Shown one piece after another: positions 60,086 through 64,000 of a stretch of 64,000 nt of DNA (positions are counted from its first letter, which is position 1; each line of letters begins with the position of its first letter). The notes below the pieces were generated by a model, which worked only from the letters and a program-made list of their open reading frames with translations, searched no databases and was not told the DNA's origin. Both the position numbers and the translations under genes were made by a program. The DNA is from an uncultured Nitrososphaerota archaeon (GTDB lineage: Archaea > Thermoproteota > Nitrososphaeria > Nitrososphaerales > Gagatemarchaeaceae), in the NCBI GenBank assembly GCA_963718895.1, contig CAVRAG010000008.1, positions 928,001-992,000 on the forward strand, written 5' to 3'.

Positions 60086-60853
60086 TTGTCCACAGAGAAC
60101 GGAAGGCTGAAGGGAAGGGTCGCCATCGTGACAGGCGCGTCCAGAGGGATCGGGCGTGCAATCGCCAGAAGGTTCGCCGAGGAGGGCGCGAAGGTCGCCA
60201 TCAACTACAACGCGTCCTCGAAGGAGGCTGAGGACCTCCGGCGAGAGATATCTGAACGCGGAGGAGAGTCCATCACATTCAAGGGAGACGTCTCGAACTA
60301 TGAGGATGTGAAGCGGTTGGTCGAGGCGACGGTGTCGAAGTTCGGTCGGATCGACGTCCTCGTCAACAACGCAGGGATCGTCTTTCGGAAGAAGATCTTG
60401 GAGTCCACCGAAGAGGATTGGGACAGGACGATGGACGTGAACCTGAAGAGCGTCTATCTCTGCAGCAAGGCCGTCGCTCCCATCATGATTGCGCAGAAGC
60501 ACGGCAAGATCGTCAACATATCTTCGATCTCCGGCATCAACGGCCCCGCATCTGCGCTGGAAGTACCGGACTACACCGCGTCCAAGGCGGGGGTAATCGG
60601 ACTGACCCGGGCCCTTGCGGTGGACCTCGCCCCTTTGATCAACGTCAACGTGGTCTGTCCAGGTGCCGTCGAGACCGACATGCTCGCGACGATGAGCGAC
60701 CAGGCGAGGAGCGCCAGGATAGCGGAGACACCGCTCAGGAGGTTCGGGAGGCCGGAGGAGATCGCCTCGGCCGTGCTCTTCCTCGCCTCCGACGACTCCG
60801 ACTTCGTGACCGGGGAGACCCTCGTCGTATCCGGCGGAAGACCCGTTACGTGA
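60086..60853 (+). CDS. SDR-family oxidoreductase (FabG-like)
   Basis: TGASRGIG, NNAG, YTASK. Confidence 0.93.
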   Translation: MSTENGRLKGRVAIVTGASRGIGRAIARRFAEEGAKVAINYNASSKEAEDLRREISERGGESITFKGDVSNYEDVKRLVEATVSKFGRIDVLVNNAGIVFRKKILESTEEDWDRTMDVNLKSVYLCSKAVAPIMIAQKHGKIVNISSISGINGPASALEVPDYTASKAGVIGLTRALAVDLAPLINVNVVCPGAVETDMLATMSDQARSARIAETPLRRFGRPEEIASAVLFLASDDSDFVTGETLVVSGGRPVT

Positions 60854-60904
60854 CCGCGCCCCTTCAACAGTCTTAATACAATCATGAACCTGAGCGGCCC
60901 CGAT

Positions 60905-61002
60905 GGGCCGGTAGTTCAGTTGGTACGAACGCCCGCCTTGCACGCGGGAGAAGGCAAACGAGCCTCCCTAGGCCGAGGGTTCAAGTCCCTCCCGGTCCAC
61001 CA
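60905..61002 (+). tRNA. trnA: tRNA-Ala(TGC) with 21-nt variable-region intron (about 45/46; 60951-60971), CCA encoded
   Basis: GGGCCGG/CCGGTCC acceptor with G3-U70, CCCGC-CTTGCAC-GCGGG, GAGGG-TTCAAGT-CCCTC. Confidence 0.9.
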
Positions 61003-61745
61003 TCATTCATTCGGTTCCTGACCAAATTGGCCCTCGTTAGGGCCCCAGAAACTCGCCAAAAATTGTGTGAACATGAAAAGATGAGAAGGCCGAGCCTGGG
61101 AGTCGCCGTACGACGTCCTCGAGCCACTTCAAGACCATCGAAATCTCCTCCCTACTCTCGTGTCCTCGCGAGTCAGGAGCCTCGCCTTGAGCATTCTCGC
61201 GACGCGCTCTTCTCCGACTCGATCAATCTGAGGAGGTCATTTCGACGTCGGCCGAGGCTACTTTGTCTCCGGGTTCCGGAGCAAGACTACGGGCTCGCCT
61301 GAGAACAAAGTGGAGGTTCGCCAAGAGCATGAGAACCCCGCTCCCGCCCAGACGAGCAAGATGGTCGGGATGTTTGGATGGTGACCCCGACGAGGACGGG
61401 ACTTGAACCTCCATTCTCAAAGACTTGGCCGGTCGCCGGACCGGCGCTAGTCGTCGGACTTGCTACAACGTAGATGCCCTGCGTCGAAGACTAGATGGAT
61501 CGGATTGAGAAAGACGCGTCCGGAGCGGGGAAGAACTTGAGAAGGGTGCTGGATGTTCCGTTTTGGCCCCTTATTGTATAGCTCACCAGCGTGTCTTTCG
61601 ACGCTGAGATTGCTGTGGCCGGGCATATCGACGGTGCCAGCTGGCCCTCATCCAACTTGTTGATAGAGGCGTCGCCAAGAAGCAGGCCCGACAGGAGAGA
61701 TGGCTTCGTTCGCTGATGGACTCGTTCTCTCCGACATCCGCAAAG

Positions 61746-62410
61746 TCAAGCAGGCACTTCAATACGCCTCGAATGCCCTGCCTCCAGCTCAAATCGGCGA
61801 TGGATTCTCCTCCTCGGCGCTCTTTCAAGCCGCGCCTTTACGAGCTTCCTGAGGTGCTTGTACTGGTTCCTGATCGTCACGTCTTTCACCCCAGCCGCCT
61901 CCGCCGCTTCGACCTGGGTCAGCGCCTCGCCGTTCAGCAGTGACGCCAAATAGAGGGCAGCAGCCGCCAATCCCTGGGGGAATACACCTGCCGTGATTCC
62001 AGCCTTCTCGGCTGCTGACAGTATCTCTCGGGCGTCTGCCTCCACCTTCGGGTGAACTTTCACTCGGGAGGCAACCATCGCCAGGCATTCTGTCGGGTCG
62101 GCGACGGGGATCTTCAAGTCGAGCTCCTCGACCAGCAACCTGTAGCGCCTAGCTACCACTATCTTGTTCACGCCGCTGGCTGCTGACACGTCTGCCAGCG
62201 TCGCCGGGACCTTCCTCTCCCTGCAGGCGGCATACAGGGACGCGGCCGCGATTTGGCGAGACCGGTGCCACTCTGGCGAGGCCCCTTCCCAGACTCTTCT
62301 TGCATATGCGGGCGGCCTCGTCCGCAACCGCCACTGGGATTGAGAGTTTCTCGGAGAACTCAGTCAGTTCTTCGAGAGCAATCCCTACCTCAGCCCTGTG
62401 GAGTTCGGGG
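61746..62410 (-). pseudogene. tfb: 5'-truncated TFB/TFIIB paralogue (cyclin repeats only; frameshift ~62265)
   Basis: IAAASLYAACR, P.GLAAAALY, LTQ.EAAEAAGV.DVTIRN.YK; no Zn ribbon or B-reader. Confidence 0.75.
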
Positions 62411-63564
62411 CCTCTTGACAACGTAGCCTATTACCAGCCCGACCAGAAGCAGGACCACCATAGCTCCGTACGCCCAGTCAGGTGTAACGGAAGTCGTCGA
62501 AGTGCTGGTCACAGTTGTCGTGGGGCCTGACACAGTCGTTGTTGGCCCAGGCGCAGTCTTGGTGGTGGTTGAGGTTGTAGTCGTCGTGACCAGAGTGGTG
62601 GTCGTCACTGTCTTAGTACCGGTCTGGGTAGCGGATGATGTGGTGCTGGTCGAGGCTGATTGTGTACTGGTGCTTGACGTGGTAGTTGTGGTAGCACTTG
62701 ACGAGGTTGATGTGGTAGATGTGGTAGTCACGGCCGGGGCGGTGTACTGGAAGGTCGTGTACCCTGTCGCTCCGAACGAGTCTGTGGCGGCCACGACGTA
62801 GGTCCCCGTCACCCACGACGGAGTGCCGCCCACGTGCGTGGCGTAGGAGAAGGTGCCTGAAGAGGTGACCGCCTGTGTGGAGGAATCAATCGACGAAGAG
62901 TAACCCAAGAGCGTCACGTCAACGGAGACGCTGTCCGGGAGCGAGGGCGTTGGACTGATCGTCCCGGAGATGGTGTACGTCTGGGTGCCCGTGAACGAGG
63001 CACCGGAAGACGGGCTCGTGAATGCTATCGAGCCAGCGGTCGAAGCTGTGGTCGACGATGTCGTGGATGACGTGACGGTCGAGCTGGATGTTGAAGTTGC
63101 GGTCGTGCTGGTCGCGGCCGGGGCGGTGTACTGGAAGGTCGTGTACCCTGTCGCTCCGAACGAGTCTGTGGCGACCACGACGTAGGTCCCTGTCGCCCAC
63201 GACGGTGTGCTGCCTACGTGCGTGGCGTATGAGAAGGTGCCTGAAGCTGTCACCGCTTGGGTCGAGGAATCAACCGCAGAGGAAGAACCCAAGAGCGTTA
63301 CGTCAATGGAGACACGTTATCTCGCGATGGCGGGGCCGGACTGATCGTCCCGGAGATGGTGTACGTCTGGGTGCCCGTGAACGAGGCACCGGAAGACGGG
63401 CTCGTGAATGCTATCGAGTCAGCGGTCGATGTCGAAGTAGACGTCTGGTCTGGCGCGCCGTGCGCAGAGCTGCCAAGCAGCCAGACGCCAGAGGTCCCGG
63501 TGACGAGGCCGAGGAGCAGTACCGCGAGCGCGACTTTGTAGAGGCTTCGCTTGTTCATCGTCAT
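62390..63564 (-). CDS. Thr/Ser-rich surface protein with two Ig-like repeats and C-terminal TM (frameshift ~63295)
   Basis: Signal peptide; two copies of SIAFTSPSSGASFTGTQTYTISG...TTFQYTAPA; TPDWAYG-TM-KR. Confidence 0.75.
62731..63418. repeat. Intragenic ~300-bp direct repeat (about 62731-63031 and 63115-63418)
   Basis: Near-identical nucleotide blocks encoding the repeated domain. Confidence 0.85.
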
Positions 63565-63612
63565 TTTGGCCACCCGATTGCAAGGCAAACCCATTTTCTT
63601 TGAGACCAATTT

Positions 63613-64000
63613 CTATTTCATCCCCGTTTTGACCGACGGTCTCTTGAGCACATAGCCTATCGCCAGCCCGACAAGAAGCAGGACCACCATCGCTCCGTAC
63701 GCCCAGTCAGGCGTGGCGGAGGTCGTCGAGGTGCTGGTCACAGTTGACGTGGGTCCGGTCACAGTCGTTGCTGGTCCTGTCACAGTCTGGGTGGCGATTG
63801 CCGTTGCGGTCGTCGTGACTGAAATGGTCGTCGTCACCGTCTGGGTAGCTGATGACGTTGTGCTGGTCGAGGCTGATTGTAGTACTGGTGCGTTGACGTG
63901 GTAGACGTGGTAGACGTGGTAACGTGGTAGTGGGAATACGCGAATGTCGTGGTCCCGGTCGCACCGGAAGAGTCGGTGGCCGTTATGACGTACGTCCCTG
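63613..64000 (-). CDS. Partial paralogous Thr-rich surface protein (3' end)
   Basis: GTYVITATDSSGATG domain end, Thr stalk, TPDWAYGAMVVLLLVGL.IGYV.KRP. Confidence 0.75.
   Translation of the reverse strand, partial: RDVRHNGHRLFRCDRDHDIRVFPLPRYHVYHVYHVNAPVLQSASTSTTSSATQTVTTTISVTTTATAIATQTVTGPATTVTGPTSTVTSTSTTSATPDWAYGAMVVLLLVGLAIGYVLKRPSVKTGMK

Overview
GC-rich archaeal chromosomal DNA, most plausibly a non-ammonia-oxidising Nitrososphaerota (Thaumarchaeota) lineage. This is an inference from aIF-1A, a TFB-like gene, an arcadin-1-like gene, thaumarchaeal-type hypotheticals, frequent TTG/GTG starts and three intron-containing tRNAs. About 15 single-base frameshifts, including one in aIF-1A, point to indel-prone assembly rather than mass pseudogenisation. 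Main blocks: (1) 1.2-12.3 kb, an anaerobic metallocofactor island with a double-cubane-cluster-type reductase and its ASKHA-ATPase activator, a DsrE/H/F plus TusA sulfur relay, two XdhC paralogues, FmdE, DUF364, DUF3343 and a YjeF-like kinase. (2) 23.7-24.4 kb, an intact intron-bearing tRNA-Gly(CCC), a LAGLIDADG-like ORF and a second, diverged, promoter-bearing tRNA-Gly cut off before the T-arm. (3) 27-31 kb, queD-queC-mptA and a DEAD-helicase / unannotated Zn-finger microprotein / aIF-1A operon. (4) 40.8-59.8 kb, a tRNA-Ile(GAT) followed by an integrase-bearing element and three further integrase-less gene blocks, each bounded by a same-orientation copy of the tRNA 3' end; two of these copies carry a shared ~85-nt structured arm, giving an integron-like tandem cassette array. 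(5) tRNA-Ala, a 5'-truncated TFB and tandem Thr-rich surface proteins with a PDW-TM-basic C-terminus. All family assignments are from motif recognition by eye; no database searches were run.
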